Position numbers and translations under genes: made by a program. From a virus, in IMG/VR virus record IMGVR_UViG_3300030616_000016, positions 70,561 through 134,560 of that record: DNA of 64,000 nt; one strand, 5' to 3'. Below, in pieces: positions 28,240-38,446 of this stretch. Under the pieces are notes generated by a model. The model was given only the letters and a program-made list of their open reading frames with translations, had not been told where the DNA came from and made no database searches. Each line of letters begins with the position of its first letter. Positions within the stretch are counted from its first letter, which is position 1.

Positions 28240-29895
28240 TTATTTTTTAATACTGATAGAGAACATTTCTTTATCCTCTGTAAAGTATACACTGGTACCA
28301 TCAGTGTATAGTGGCATTGATGAGTCTATCGGCGGATTAGTAATAATGCGTTTTTGATTATCTTTAGAGATCTCAATCTTTTGATCGCTAAATACATCAA
28401 TGCAAACTCCATTATTAAGAACAATGAAATTGATATTATCAACATCGCGCTCTTCTTTGTCTAGCAGAATACCTTTATTTTCTTTGCTGCATAGTTTGAA
28501 TCGGAATCTATAATATTTACCAGATTCTTCTGCTATGCATACTAGAATTCCTCTGCTATGTTTTGCATTGATTATTCTAAGTCCATGGAGTTCCTCAATA
28601 GGACCTAGAAAACTACCAGAATCTTCTAATGGCGCATATGCCCAACATTTGTCTAGGAAGTTGCTAATTACTACTCCACTAAACATTTGATTCATAGTAC
28701 CAAGATTTTGGGATGGATTCGAGCATGCCGCGCTCTTATTCCCCATATTTTTTGCATATACCTCATATACTGAGGCGCCGTTTCTGCAAAATATACTACC
28801 ATTGTATATCATGGCTTTGTCTGCGGCAAATTTACCTGGTATATCCGTTTCTATTTCTACACAGCCATTATCAATTATGCCTAACACAGGGTCAGGAGAT
28901 AGATTGCATAGAAATGCCTTTTTATTGGATATATCCTTAAATATGGATTTACCACAGTATATTGCCTTATCCGTAAATGTATAGAAAATACCATTTAGGA
29001 ATTGTATTGATTTAATCGGCTCATTGTACTTATACATTGATTTAATGTCAAAATTTGCTGTGCTTCTTATAGTCTTTTGAACCATAGCTATATTAATTGT
29101 AGCGTCAGGTTTAGGTGGAGCGCTGCGTTTATTCTCAATGAATATTGACTTAAACCACTCCATATGAGCTTTAGGAATAACTGAGAAGTCTTGACATACG
29201 GATGGAATGGTAACCTTACTATCAAATACGGATATACCATCATCCATTCGCTTAGTAAATTCTCTTGGTTTATAGTCTGGGTGTTTACCCTTATAAGGAT
29301 GGATACCAACATAAAGCTGAAATGCTATTACTGCAAACGAGAACCAATCGCTTAGTTCTGTGAACTTTTTGGCTAAGCGGTCTCTTATTGAATCCATAAT
29401 AGCATTAGCTGGAAATGACTTTGTCTGATAACTGTCAACGTCAATAAAGTAAGGTACTTTATGACCTTTGTCTATCAGAAAGTTCATTTCATTCATATCT
29501 ACTATCAGGCATTGTTTAGAATGAATGTGCTCGACCGTGTCTTGTATATTGCGCACAATTTCTAATACTTGATTAGGAGATATATTATTATCTTTTCTGT
29601 ACTGCTTAGTAAAGAGCTTGCATAGAGCACTTGTCTCTTTAATATACTTCATTGTATATCCGATGACATTGCTTGTCTTTTTATCGCAAACAATATCTTC
29701 CGGTTTGATAACATTGCCGGCTGTTATATAGCCAAGCTCTTCAATCTTTCTTAATGGTATCATATGCTTGATATCATTATAAATCTTGAAGGCAATATTG
29801 TCTTTTTTATATACAGAACCTTGACCACCAGATGCAATAAAATCATTGTCTTTCAGGTCAAATGAAGCCTTTGTTCTATTTACAATGACTCTCAT
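28240..29895 (-). CDS. Hanks-type Ser/Thr protein kinase with a C-terminal beta-rich domain
   Basis: Gly loop GGQGSVY, AFKIY (VAIK), catalytic loop HSKQCLIVDMNEMNFLI, and DVDSY (DFG-like). Confidence 0.7.
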   Translation of the reverse strand: MRVIVNRTKASFDLKDNDFIASGGQGSVYKKDNIAFKIYNDIKHMIPLRKIEELGYITAGNVIKPEDIVCDKKTSNVIGYTMKYIKETSALCKLFTKQYRKDNNISPNQVLEIVRNIQDTVEHIHSKQCLIVDMNEMNFLIDKGHKVPYFIDVDSYQTKSFPANAIMDSIRDRLAKKFTELSDWFSFAVIAFQLYVGIHPYKGKHPDYKPREFTKRMDDGISVFDSKVTIPSVCQDFSVIPKAHMEWFKSIFIENKRSAPPKPDATINIAMVQKTIRSTANFDIKSMYKYNEPIKSIQFLNGIFYTFTDKAIYCGKSIFKDISNKKAFLCNLSPDPVLGIIDNGCVEIETDIPGKFAADKAMIYNGSIFCRNGASVYEVYAKNMGNKSAACSNPSQNLGTMNQMFSGVVISNFLDKCWAYAPLEDSGSFLGPIEELHGLRIINAKHSRGILVCIAEESGKYYRFRFKLCSKENKGILLDKEERDVDNINFIVLNNGVCIDVFSDQKIEISKDNQKRIITNPPIDSSMPLYTDGTSVYFTEDKEMFSISIKK

Positions 29896-30731
29896 GGCTT
29901 ATCCTTAAGCAGTGTAGCACATGCTATATCATCAAAGTGCTTATTGTTTATTTTGGAATCCATGATGCGTATTTTCTTCATTCTTCTTTTTACAAACTCT
30001 CCTTTGAAGGTTTTATATACAGTCATTCGTATAGCGTTATCAAGCACACTTGTATTTTCAAAAGAGCTTATACCATCAGTGAACAGGCTTATGCTCATTC
30101 CTTCTGCCATTGGCGCACTAGACATTATGTATGGCTCGAACATGGGGATTGTAGAGCTCTTAAAGTCTTCGTCTGGGTTATATGACAATACTGTTTTTTC
30201 TGGATTGCCCAATATATCCATAGTATTCATATAGTCTTTAATCTTTTCATCTTCCATGCGATATGCAAGATAGTATGGCATGTTAGATGTATATGATATT
30301 TCTTCAATACGAATCCATGGATTTGGGTCATTCGCTCTATCAAAACCATCATTAAAGACAACTACTCCATCTCCCCATACTGCTATGCCAAATCCCTCAT
30401 TATTGGCTATTACTACCATAAGCGTGGCATAGAATGTCTGGATGTCAAGACAAAGAGCTATTGCTACTTTTGATAGCGCTCCCAACACTTTATTTTCAAA
30501 TGAACAAAGAGCAGTTGATAATGTCTTGTGTCCAAACATAACTATTGAGCTTCTTAATGCTTGTTCTGCAGCAATTCCAAGTATTTTTGCACCAAGGTCT
30601 GTGTTTTGTGCAGAAGAACAGCCGTCACAGACGATACCATAGGAATAACCATAGATATCGCCTGTGATAGCATAATCTTCACACATATCATGACTGGCAC
30701 CAATTTCTACAAAACTATCTTTCTGTATCAT
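29892..30731 (-). CDS. PP2C-family Ser/Thr phosphatase
   Basis: GASHDMCEDYAI ... GIVCDGCSS ... DGVVVFNDG are the PP2C metal-binding Asp motifs. Confidence 0.65.
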   Translation of the reverse strand: MIQKDSFVEIGASHDMCEDYAITGDIYGYSYGIVCDGCSSAQNTDLGAKILGIAAEQALRSSIVMFGHKTLSTALCSFENKVLGALSKVAIALCLDIQTFYATLMVVIANNEGFGIAVWGDGVVVFNDGFDRANDPNPWIRIEEISYTSNMPYYLAYRMEDEKIKDYMNTMDILGNPEKTVLSYNPDEDFKSSTIPMFEPYIMSSAPMAEGMSISLFTDGISSFENTSVLDNAIRMTVYKTFKGEFVKRRMKKIRIMDSKINNKHFDDIACATLLKDKP

Positions 30732-30747
30732 TGGTACTCCCAGTCAT

Positions 30748-31497
30748 TTAGAAGTTAAGAATTGAAGATGCCGAGCCGGATCCAAGAGACTGTGATTGTG
30801 AGGATATGCTTTGACTCACAAATTCAGCCAGCTTTGCAAGCTTGGATGGAGTAGCTTCTCCGACAGATACGTATTTATCAAGGTTTGCATTATCCTTGAA
30901 TGTAGTCAAGAAATTCTTGACTGCAGGATCTTTATCAATCCCGATAAGAACCGTAATAATTGATTCGAGGCTTTCTTCTCTTGTGATATCATCTACTAAC
31001 GTAGCAACTTGTACTGGCGCATTATTTGATTGATTATCAGCGCCATCTGTAATGATAAATACAATTGCATTTGTTAGGAGATCTACTTTATCATACATCT
31101 GCTTGCTATACTGATGTGTTGCTTCGATGCCTTCATATGTTGCATCAAATAATGCAGTTGTACCGCCTGTACGGATGATATTAGAGTATTCATCATCACT
31201 AATATCACTTAGGAGGCGGAAACCATGCATTTCGTTCAGATTAGCATTGAATGTAGTGAAGCGAACCATTAAGTTTTCTGCACGTGGAGACTTTTTGCAT
31301 GATTCGATTACAGTTTTCAGCATATCCTCAATATCATCTTTGTATGGAGACACTGAAGAAGATACGTCGATAATAATTGAAACGAGTGTATATTCAGAAG
31401 CACCTAGTTCATCAAGCTTTACAGCACTGAATCTGAAGTTTGATGCAGTCTGCATACTGGTTATGTTTGCAAGATCTTTATCCATTAATCTTGGCAT
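30748..31497 (-). CDS. von Willebrand factor A (vWA, TerY-like) domain protein
   Basis: MIDAS: IIIDVSSSV (DxSxS), GGTTAL, FIITDGADN. Confidence 0.75.
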   Translation of the reverse strand: MPRLMDKDLANITSMQTASNFRFSAVKLDELGASEYTLVSIIIDVSSSVSPYKDDIEDMLKTVIESCKKSPRAENLMVRFTTFNANLNEMHGFRLLSDISDDEYSNIIRTGGTTALFDATYEGIEATHQYSKQMYDKVDLLTNAIVFIITDGADNQSNNAPVQVATLVDDITREESLESIITVLIGIDKDPAVKNFLTTFKDNANLDKYVSVGEATPSKLAKLAEFVSQSISSQSQSLGSGSASSILNF

Positions 31498-31499
31498 GG

Positions 31500-32486
31500 T
31501 TATTTCCTTTCTTTGTTAAGCCTGTTTCCTTCTCCTAAATGCATAAGGGGAAGCGGTTTAGGGCTATCACCATTTAGGAAGTATACCTTGGTAGCCGGGT
31601 CTTTTGTAATTGTACCTAGTGCTTTAAGTGCTTCAAGCTGGATATATGCAGGATTATTTGCAATAGCATCGTTAACTTTCTGAATTTCATATGCTTTTGC
31701 GTCTGCAAGGATCTTCTGTTTTTCTGCTGAAAGCATTGCGGCGTCTTTATCTGCCTGAGCAGTTTTAACTTTCTTCTGCTGTTCAGTCTCAAACCTGCGC
31801 AACTCTGCTTTCTCACGTTCAGCTTCCTGCTCGCGTTTCTTCTTACTCTCAACACCTTGCTGGATTGTGTTGGGAAGTTGAATATTTCTAATGAGAACAG
31901 CTTCAACATCAAGGCCCTTTGGTGCAACGTATTCTTTAATTGAAGTAAGAAGATTTGCCTGCATCTTTTGCTGAATTTCTTCCCTAAAGAATGACTCTGC
32001 AGTTTTCACACTTTTACCTTGTTCTCGCAATAAGCTTCGGAACTTGGGTAACATGTGTACTTCCATAAGGTCTTTAGGATTACCGGTTTCTTGCAGAATG
32101 TCTGGAGCCATAGACTTGATAATTCGATACTGACAGCTTACATCGAATGTCGTAACAAGCTGGTCCATACTTGGGATGGGAACCTGGCTCATTGTAATAC
32201 TTTTCTGACGACAATCGAATTCTTCCCAATCATACAAAGGATTGGTAAGGTGAATGCCTGCTTCATAGGGCTGATCAACGACTTTACCAAAGAATGTAGC
32301 TACTCCAATATGTCCTGGAGGTATTGAGATAACACATGAAGCGATGAGAGTAATAGCGCCGACGGCTCCTACCAGTAGACCGCCAAGAATATAAGGACGC
32401 CTTTTTTCTTCTGATTTAGCCATAAGACCATATACAAACACCAACAAACCGATTAATGCAATTATAATACCAAGAGCAAGTATCAT
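31500..32486 (-). CDS. SPFH/band-7 (stomatin/flotillin-like) membrane protein with coiled-coil C-terminus
   Basis: N-terminal TM helices followed by an SPFH core (GHIGVATFFGKVVD...), then EQQKKVKTAQADKDAAML coiled coil. Confidence 0.7.
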   Translation of the reverse strand: MILALGIIIALIGLLVFVYGLMAKSEEKRRPYILGGLLVGAVGAITLIASCVISIPPGHIGVATFFGKVVDQPYEAGIHLTNPLYDWEEFDCRQKSITMSQVPIPSMDQLVTTFDVSCQYRIIKSMAPDILQETGNPKDLMEVHMLPKFRSLLREQGKSVKTAESFFREEIQQKMQANLLTSIKEYVAPKGLDVEAVLIRNIQLPNTIQQGVESKKKREQEAEREKAELRRFETEQQKKVKTAQADKDAAMLSAEKQKILADAKAYEIQKVNDAIANNPAYIQLEALKALGTITKDPATKVYFLNGDSPKPLPLMHLGEGNRLNKERK

Positions 32487-32921
32487 ATTACTACCTTTCT
32501 AAATCAAATTACTTTTTAGTATATATACCAATGAAACCATTCCACTGGTAATTTTTGTACTTAATACCACAAATGAATCCAAACAATAGTGTAGATAGAA
32601 CAACAAAGCCTATCATTATTAAAGTAGCTTTTGCTAATTGTTTCATTCTACACCTCTATAATAAGTAAGTTTCCGTATAGCAGCCAACTCCTGGGGAAAT
32701 CGACATTAGGAAAGCATGTCGACTAACTATATGTCTCCATATAGAACAGGTGAAACGTTGGTTTCTCGATTAACTTTCACCTTTCAGCTGTCAACTTTCA
32801 AATCCTGAACTTTGAATTTTAAAGTTTGAGCTTTGAAGGGCTAAGTTTAGTTCGTATTATGAGTACGATACGTAATTCCTATTTTCTTTTCTCCCTCTTC
32901 GCTATGGAAAACTTATTGTAT

Positions 32922-33497
32922 TTATTCTATTGTAATAGTAGTCGTTGCATTGATCATTGACAGCTTACCGTCAATTTCATCTTCAATTTCGCCAAGCTCT
33001 TCCAGTTTCTTATGAACACTTGGTGCATCGACACTGATGACAAGTCCCGCACTGTCTTTGTCGAAGCTGTTGTTCATCGATTCTTCTTGCTTTACATGGC
33101 TATAAACTTGCATATATGAAGTTTTAATTGAAGGGAGAGTTTCTCTTCTCCAAATTAGCCATTCTGCAATTGTCATTTCATAATTGCCAATTTTAACAAC
33201 AGTTGCTTCATTTGCAAGCTGAATTGCCATTCTGATGTTCTTTTTGCGTTCGGCAAGATCAGTGATTGTTTGCATTGTATCTTGCACGAATTTTGCTGAT
33301 CCGCCTTCATTTTCGTATGGATCCTTAAATTTCTCATTCCTTATAGAAACATCAATAACTGCTTTAGTTTTCTTGTTAATCTTATTATTGATGAGTTTAA
33401 TTTCTGCGAGCCCTTCCGTAATAGTCATGTTTGATTCCATGCTGAACCTTTCCTCTCTATTAATTTGTTTTAACCAAAAATTCACCAAACAACACAA
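32922..33497 (-). CDS. hypothetical protein (true start possibly the internal Met at about 33440)
   Basis: minus-strand ORF. Confidence 0.45.
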   Translation of the reverse strand: MCCLVNFWLKQINREERFSMESNMTITEGLAEIKLINNKINKKTKAVIDVSIRNEKFKDPYENEGGSAKFVQDTMQTITDLAERKKNIRMAIQLANEATVVKIGNYEMTIAEWLIWRRETLPSIKTSYMQVYSHVKQEESMNNSFDKDSAGLVISVDAPSVHKKLEELGEIEDEIDGKLSMINATTTITIE

Positions 33498-33633
33498 CTT
33501 GCTTATTAAATGATAATTAGATAGTTACTTAGATAATCAAATTATTTGATAGATCGGTAACATATCTCAATTATGCAATTTTTTGGTAATATATGTATAT
33601 CACTGTGCCTTAAAATGAGTACCTATTATCGTT

Positions 33634-33883
33634 TATCAAGGTGCATTCGTAAGACCCCTGGCTTTAGCCATGGGGATATAAGAATGCGTTTTTCTCTTGA
33701 CATTTACAGAAATCTGTGCTATACTTTTGCTAATGATCGAAAACCAAGATCATTGGCAAAGAATTTAGATACCGCAGGGCATGCGGAAATTTACGCCTTT
33801 GGAGAAGATGTAAGACTTGTCTGCTTGAAAGCAGTCTTCAGTGAATTAGGAAGCCCCCGCCTTTAGGCGTGGGGTAATGTCAC
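33634..33883 (+). mobile_element. MITE-like miniature derivative (about 250 bp) of the IS605-family element, with LE and RE but no tnpB; sits 5 bp downstream of the RNAP beta-like gene
   Basis: About 95 nt match the LE of the full element and about 60 nt its RE (GCCTTTGGAGAAGATGTAAGAC ... GGAAGCCCCCGCCTTTAGGCGTGGGGTAATGTCAC). Confidence 0.65.
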
Positions 33884-33887
33884 CTGA

Positions 33888-35558
33888 TTAGTTTATAAGG
33901 CAAAACAGATACTTCTGAATTCTGTCACTGCCTGTTGCATATTCGTCTATCAGGCGATATAAGAGCTTGTCCCAGCCTTTAGATAGCATCAACTGCATTA
34001 CAGTGATGTATATCCTTGTTCCAGACCTCTTACCACTATTTGCATATATTCCATCATCAGATAGCTTACGACTGCATGCATGAGTATTTGTCTGGTGGCT
34101 GAACTTATCTAATACTATCCAGAACACTTTCCCAGACCATGCCTCAACTGTCTGTCCGTTATAAGTATGCTTTTGTGGCTTGCATTCTTTTATAAGAGCA
34201 GATGGTATATTCCCATCTTCTCCTTCTAGAAAGTGAGGAACGGGCGCCGGCCCTGATTCCTCTGCAATATTATTAAGCATAGCTTCTACTATCTGACCTG
34301 GATTCCTACGCTTTAGAGTTGCAAGAGCGTTGGTTACCACTTCTGCTGGTTTGCCATCTATCTTAGGCATTTGCTCGTCTGGTATAATATTTACTATACC
34401 TTTATTACCGTGACGATTTGTAATTTTGTCGCCACTTCTGAGAATATGAAATCTCTCGTATTCGACAATAAGTTTTGTACAAACTGTGTTTGCTACTTTT
34501 GTTCTTATCTCACTGATATTAGACAGTTTAGCTTCACGCTTGACATGACATTTAAGCGTGATTGTTTCTTCTCCATCAGAATAAGAACCAATTATCTGAT
34601 TTGGTCTTACAATGTCTCCGGCTTTGGCTTCCATCTTTAGGCTTTGTTTGCACCATCCTGGTACTACGAATGTCTGTTTCTCAGGAATGACACATGTCAT
34701 TTTTCTAGCTGCTGACTTACTCATAACAATCTGTTCTTTGTATACACCAGGCATGATTGCATGAACTGTAAGTAAGTGCTTGCCATTAAGATTGTTATCA
34801 TAATCTTCTGGAAACACCATAGGTTTATCTGGACTAACTAGCTTGCTGGAAGCCTTGAAATTAGATGCAGTGGTTCTGCGGCGATTATATTCTGGTACAA
34901 TAAGATTCTTATTGAGTATATCGCAATAAACCCGACCTCTTTTGGTGAAGCATCCAATATCGTTTATTTTGCATTCTTCAGCCATGTACATTGTGCGACC
35001 ACAATTCCCCGATGACTGACTTATACTTGTCCAATCAAGAATGCCTTCTGTATTGAATGGCATAAATTCATCCGTTCGTTCTTGAAATAGCTCTAATGAT
35101 ATTTTGGGTCCATAGTGAGTAGCTATTCCCTTTACGACATGAGATAATCTTGAAGTTTTAAGTAAATTATCGAGCTTCATTTGAGCTGTGGTAGAATCTT
35201 CTTGATGTCCGAACATAAAGAAGTCTGACAGTTGTGTAGCATATGCTTGCTTAATGAATTTAAGAAGAAGCTCGTATGGTGTTGATAAATATGTGTGATT
35301 AATATTCATACATCTGTTATTAAAGATTGGCATTGGATTAAGTGTATAGCATAATTGCCGGCTTATTCCATTTACAGAAAACATACCCTTGTTATCAATC
35401 TTAGGTATATTTAGTTTTACGACTGTTTGCATGCTCTGGGATGCCTCTTTAACAAGCATTTTTGTATGAAATAGGTCATCATATTCTTCTATATGACAGT
35501 CAACAGGCAAACAATTACATATAGGAAACAATCTTGCAAGATGAGACTTATTCATCAT
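33888..35558 (-). CDS. multisubunit RNA polymerase beta-subunit-like protein (C-terminal module of beta)
   Basis: GDKITNRHGNKGIVNIIPDEQMPKIDGKPAEVVTNALA aligns with RpoB GDKMAGRHGNKGVVS...; the GKVFWIVLDKFSHQTNTHACSRK region matches the RpoB C-terminal conserved block. Confidence 0.8.
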   Translation of the reverse strand: MMNKSHLARLFPICNCLPVDCHIEEYDDLFHTKMLVKEASQSMQTVVKLNIPKIDNKGMFSVNGISRQLCYTLNPMPIFNNRCMNINHTYLSTPYELLLKFIKQAYATQLSDFFMFGHQEDSTTAQMKLDNLLKTSRLSHVVKGIATHYGPKISLELFQERTDEFMPFNTEGILDWTSISQSSGNCGRTMYMAEECKINDIGCFTKRGRVYCDILNKNLIVPEYNRRRTTASNFKASSKLVSPDKPMVFPEDYDNNLNGKHLLTVHAIMPGVYKEQIVMSKSAARKMTCVIPEKQTFVVPGWCKQSLKMEAKAGDIVRPNQIIGSYSDGEETITLKCHVKREAKLSNISEIRTKVANTVCTKLIVEYERFHILRSGDKITNRHGNKGIVNIIPDEQMPKIDGKPAEVVTNALATLKRRNPGQIVEAMLNNIAEESGPAPVPHFLEGEDGNIPSALIKECKPQKHTYNGQTVEAWSGKVFWIVLDKFSHQTNTHACSRKLSDDGIYANSGKRSGTRIYITVMQLMLSKGWDKLLYRLIDEYATGSDRIQKYLFCLIN

Positions 35559-37074
35559 TATCTTTCTCCAATACTAGGACTCTGTCCCTGAGATACTTGA
35601 TGAGTTGATTTTTGTCTTCGTTATTCAGTACATTCATGATGTGTTCTATGGCTAGAGTATAGAAAGCGTCGCCTTCTACCATGCTTAGTCTAGGATCAAA
35701 CACTGCATAGAATATAGAATTCTCTGCGTCTACTATATCATTAATTAACTTAGGGTTATCCCTATTATATAGTAGATTAAGATATGGCTCGACTTGTTCT
35801 ACGTCTATCTCACAATCTTTAAGTATTTCGCGAGCTACGTTTATGTCGCTAATACCATCATTTTTAAGTACTTTAATGAGACTGACATATGATTCATCAA
35901 GTTTATGTTTAGAATCAAATAGGCGCTGGTTTGCTTGTTCTGATAGCTTATCTGCAGCTTTGGCTATTTCTATATTGCCATCTGCCAATACTCTTGCACG
36001 ACATGCTGCGGCTCCAGCCTTGCCAATCTCTGATTTCTGGAGAATGAGGCCTTTTGCAACCTTGATGTCGTCTTCTCGTATTTCAGATAAGGACTTGCCT
36101 TTAAAGAATCCTGTAAGGTCCTTAACGTCAATGTCTTCTGCATTACACATGGCTTTTATTGTCTCAGAATTTTCTGTGTCAATAAGGTCATGTGGTCCAA
36201 TTACTCTGAATTTTGAGATTCTTTTTACACCATCATCTATTATGTTTTCCAAGTCAGGGGTTTCTTCTTGATTATCGATAAGAAACTCTTTGTCCCACTT
36301 TGTTGTGGACCAGTCTTCTTCTATATCAATATCAGGATACCCAAGTACTGTTTCAATTAGATCTCCATCGGAATCAGCACCCATGCCATCAGTAATAATG
36401 GGATGAATAATGATCCTGTTGGATTTAGTAGGAAGTATGTATAACTTGCGCATAGAATCGTTGTGTAGCAAGGGATTTCTGAATGCAATTACATAAGGCT
36501 TCCCTTCTGTATTGGACTCTTCTTTCCTTTCTTTCCACTTTTCTATGAACTTGACATATATATGCTGAGGTAATTTTATGTGGTCATAAGGCATTCTGAA
36601 GTCGGTAGCAATATGGCCTTTACCAGAATATAATGCTCTGAAACCAAGGATATATGTATTAAACAATCCTGATTTACCGACCAGCTCTTTAGCCATTATT
36701 TTCCATACTCTTTCAGCACTATCTTCCACTACTTCTGTGTCAATATTGCCAATACCAAGTTGGCTAATTGACACAAGTAGTTTTTCTGTAGCGATTTGTA
36801 TATCATTTAATACTATGTGCCCGGCTACTGGTCCTGGCATATTCATATTAGGGATTATTACTTTTTGAACCTTCTTGCCGAAGTAATTATTTATTTCAAT
36901 CGGCAAGTGTACATACCCGCCATACTGAAGTACATCTTCATCAAGTATGGTGTTTTTGAGGTTCTTATTAAGTAAATCCGGTTTTGAAATGATCGCTTTT
37001 GTTGTATTCGAAAATAGATTTCTTCGTATCTGTATATTACCACACTGTTTCGATAAACTCGTCAGATTCATCAT
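35548..37074 (-). CDS. multisubunit RNA polymerase beta'-subunit-like protein (catalytic N-terminal module)
   Basis: VIAFRNPLLHNDSMRKLYILP (NRQPSLH-like) and IITDGMGADSDGDLIE (NADFDGD catalytic loop variant). Confidence 0.75.
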   Translation of the reverse strand: MMNLTSLSKQCGNIQIRRNLFSNTTKAIISKPDLLNKNLKNTILDEDVLQYGGYVHLPIEINNYFGKKVQKVIIPNMNMPGPVAGHIVLNDIQIATEKLLVSISQLGIGNIDTEVVEDSAERVWKIMAKELVGKSGLFNTYILGFRALYSGKGHIATDFRMPYDHIKLPQHIYVKFIEKWKERKEESNTEGKPYVIAFRNPLLHNDSMRKLYILPTKSNRIIIHPIITDGMGADSDGDLIETVLGYPDIDIEEDWSTTKWDKEFLIDNQEETPDLENIIDDGVKRISKFRVIGPHDLIDTENSETIKAMCNAEDIDVKDLTGFFKGKSLSEIREDDIKVAKGLILQKSEIGKAGAAACRARVLADGNIEIAKAADKLSEQANQRLFDSKHKLDESYVSLIKVLKNDGISDINVAREILKDCEIDVEQVEPYLNLLYNRDNPKLINDIVDAENSIFYAVFDPRLSMVEGDAFYTLAIEHIMNVLNNEDKNQLIKYLRDRVLVLEKDNDE

Positions 37075-37417
37075 CTATGTCTCCGTCTTCAATTTTTGTT
37101 TTATACCAGAAAGATATTGTATCATTTCCATAGTTCTTTCCAGGGATTCTGGAACCATGGAGTTCTCCGAATGCTGCGTTGCTTTCGCAACTCCAGGGAA
37201 GATTTATATGCATCTTATTCTTTAATCTTCCGTCTTCGGCTCTTTCTAACTTTCTGACTTTAACAAAAACTGGAACAGGCACGTATACAGAACCATCTTC
37301 TTCCTTTTTAACTGGCAATCCGCATATTTTGCCCTCTTGATCCTTTGAACTTGTGAATCTTACTGCTTGATCGATAATCTCAGTGAAGCGCTGATTAGGC
37401 TTGAGAAACGTTAGCAA
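37037..37417 (-). CDS. hypothetical protein (126 aa)
   Basis: minus-strand ORF. Confidence 0.4.
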   Translation of the reverse strand: MLTFLKPNQRFTEIIDQAVRFTSSKDQEGKICGLPVKKEEDGSVYVPVPVFVKVRKLERAEDGRLKNKMHINLPWSCESNAAFGELHGSRIPGKNYGNDTISFWYKTKIEDGDIDDESDEFIETVW

Positions 37418-37525
37418 TTGGCAACTCCTTACGTCTTTTTTGAGGTAGGAAGGGAATAAAAAGAGCTGGAATACTTACCAATAAAGGTAAATATTCCAGC
37501 TCAATCCATGTTTGGAGACATTGGA

Positions 37526-38344
37526 TTAGATTTCGTCGACGCTGAACTCTCCGACAACACCACTGTTACTTGCACTGAGTACATCAGACGGATCTCCAAT
37601 GAGAATATCGTCTGTAGCAACGTTATTGTCGCTGTTTGACCTTGCATTATTGTTACCATACATGATCCTATCGATCACTATACGGTGGAACAGAGGTTGT
37701 ACAATTGCTCTTTCATTATTGTCTCCGACCCATCCTTCGAGGGTCTCAGCAGGACCTGGATCTGATTCCAGATGACCAATAATATAGGAGCGAGGAGAAT
37801 CTTCGATATTGAGTCGATGCTCACGACGCATGATATGAATCCATGCAGGAACGTCATCAAGTGACTTTCCCATGATGACACGAGACTTACTATTATGGTA
37901 AGGCTTGGCCTCACCTTTGGCAATAATTGATCCGGCACACTGAGTAGAATGACGTGTCTGCGGGATTTCTTCATCCGCAACAGTTACGATTCCGTCTACA
38001 TAATTAAGCCTGAATCCTTCCTTGGTAACTACGTTTCCTTCCTCATCAGTAGCCTTTATAACTTTACCATCTTCAGTATTGTATGTAAAGGGCATATCGA
38101 TGATTTTGGAGCGCATATTGCCAATTACAATGACGTATTCGCCATGTTTGATCTCGCGTTTTGATACTACCTGAATGATGTTTTCAAAGAAAGAACCACC
38201 ATTGCGAGCCCTCCGTTTTGCAGATACAGTCGACAGAAAACCGAGTCCGTCAATGTGAATCCCACCAAAGCTCTGACCGATAACGGTTACACCCACACTG
38301 GGTCTATCCGCATTGTTTGCACTATTGTTCCTTGTAATGAACAT
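37526..38344 (-). CDS. hypothetical protein (272 aa)
   Basis: minus-strand ORF. Confidence 0.45.
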   Translation of the reverse strand: MFITRNNSANNADRPSVGVTVIGQSFGGIHIDGLGFLSTVSAKRRARNGGSFFENIIQVVSKREIKHGEYVIVIGNMRSKIIDMPFTYNTEDGKVIKATDEEGNVVTKEGFRLNYVDGIVTVADEEIPQTRHSTQCAGSIIAKGEAKPYHNSKSRVIMGKSLDDVPAWIHIMRREHRLNIEDSPRSYIIGHLESDPGPAETLEGWVGDNNERAIVQPLFHRIVIDRIMYGNNNARSNSDNNVATDDILIGDPSDVLSASNSGVVGEFSVDEI

Positions 38345-38446
38345 GTGCTAACTCCTTCCTACAAATAAGATTAGAACGATTACCAACACAAAATATTCAC
38401 AACTATACACACCAATACAAGCTGAACAAAAGTCAAATTGGGACAA

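Noticed and set aside
33573-33866. Plus-strand ORF across the MITE-like element (contains MRFSLDIYRNLCYT)
   Set aside because: The peptide is the translation of the IS left-end and right-end DNA, the same string that artificially extends the TnpB ORF, and is not a gene.
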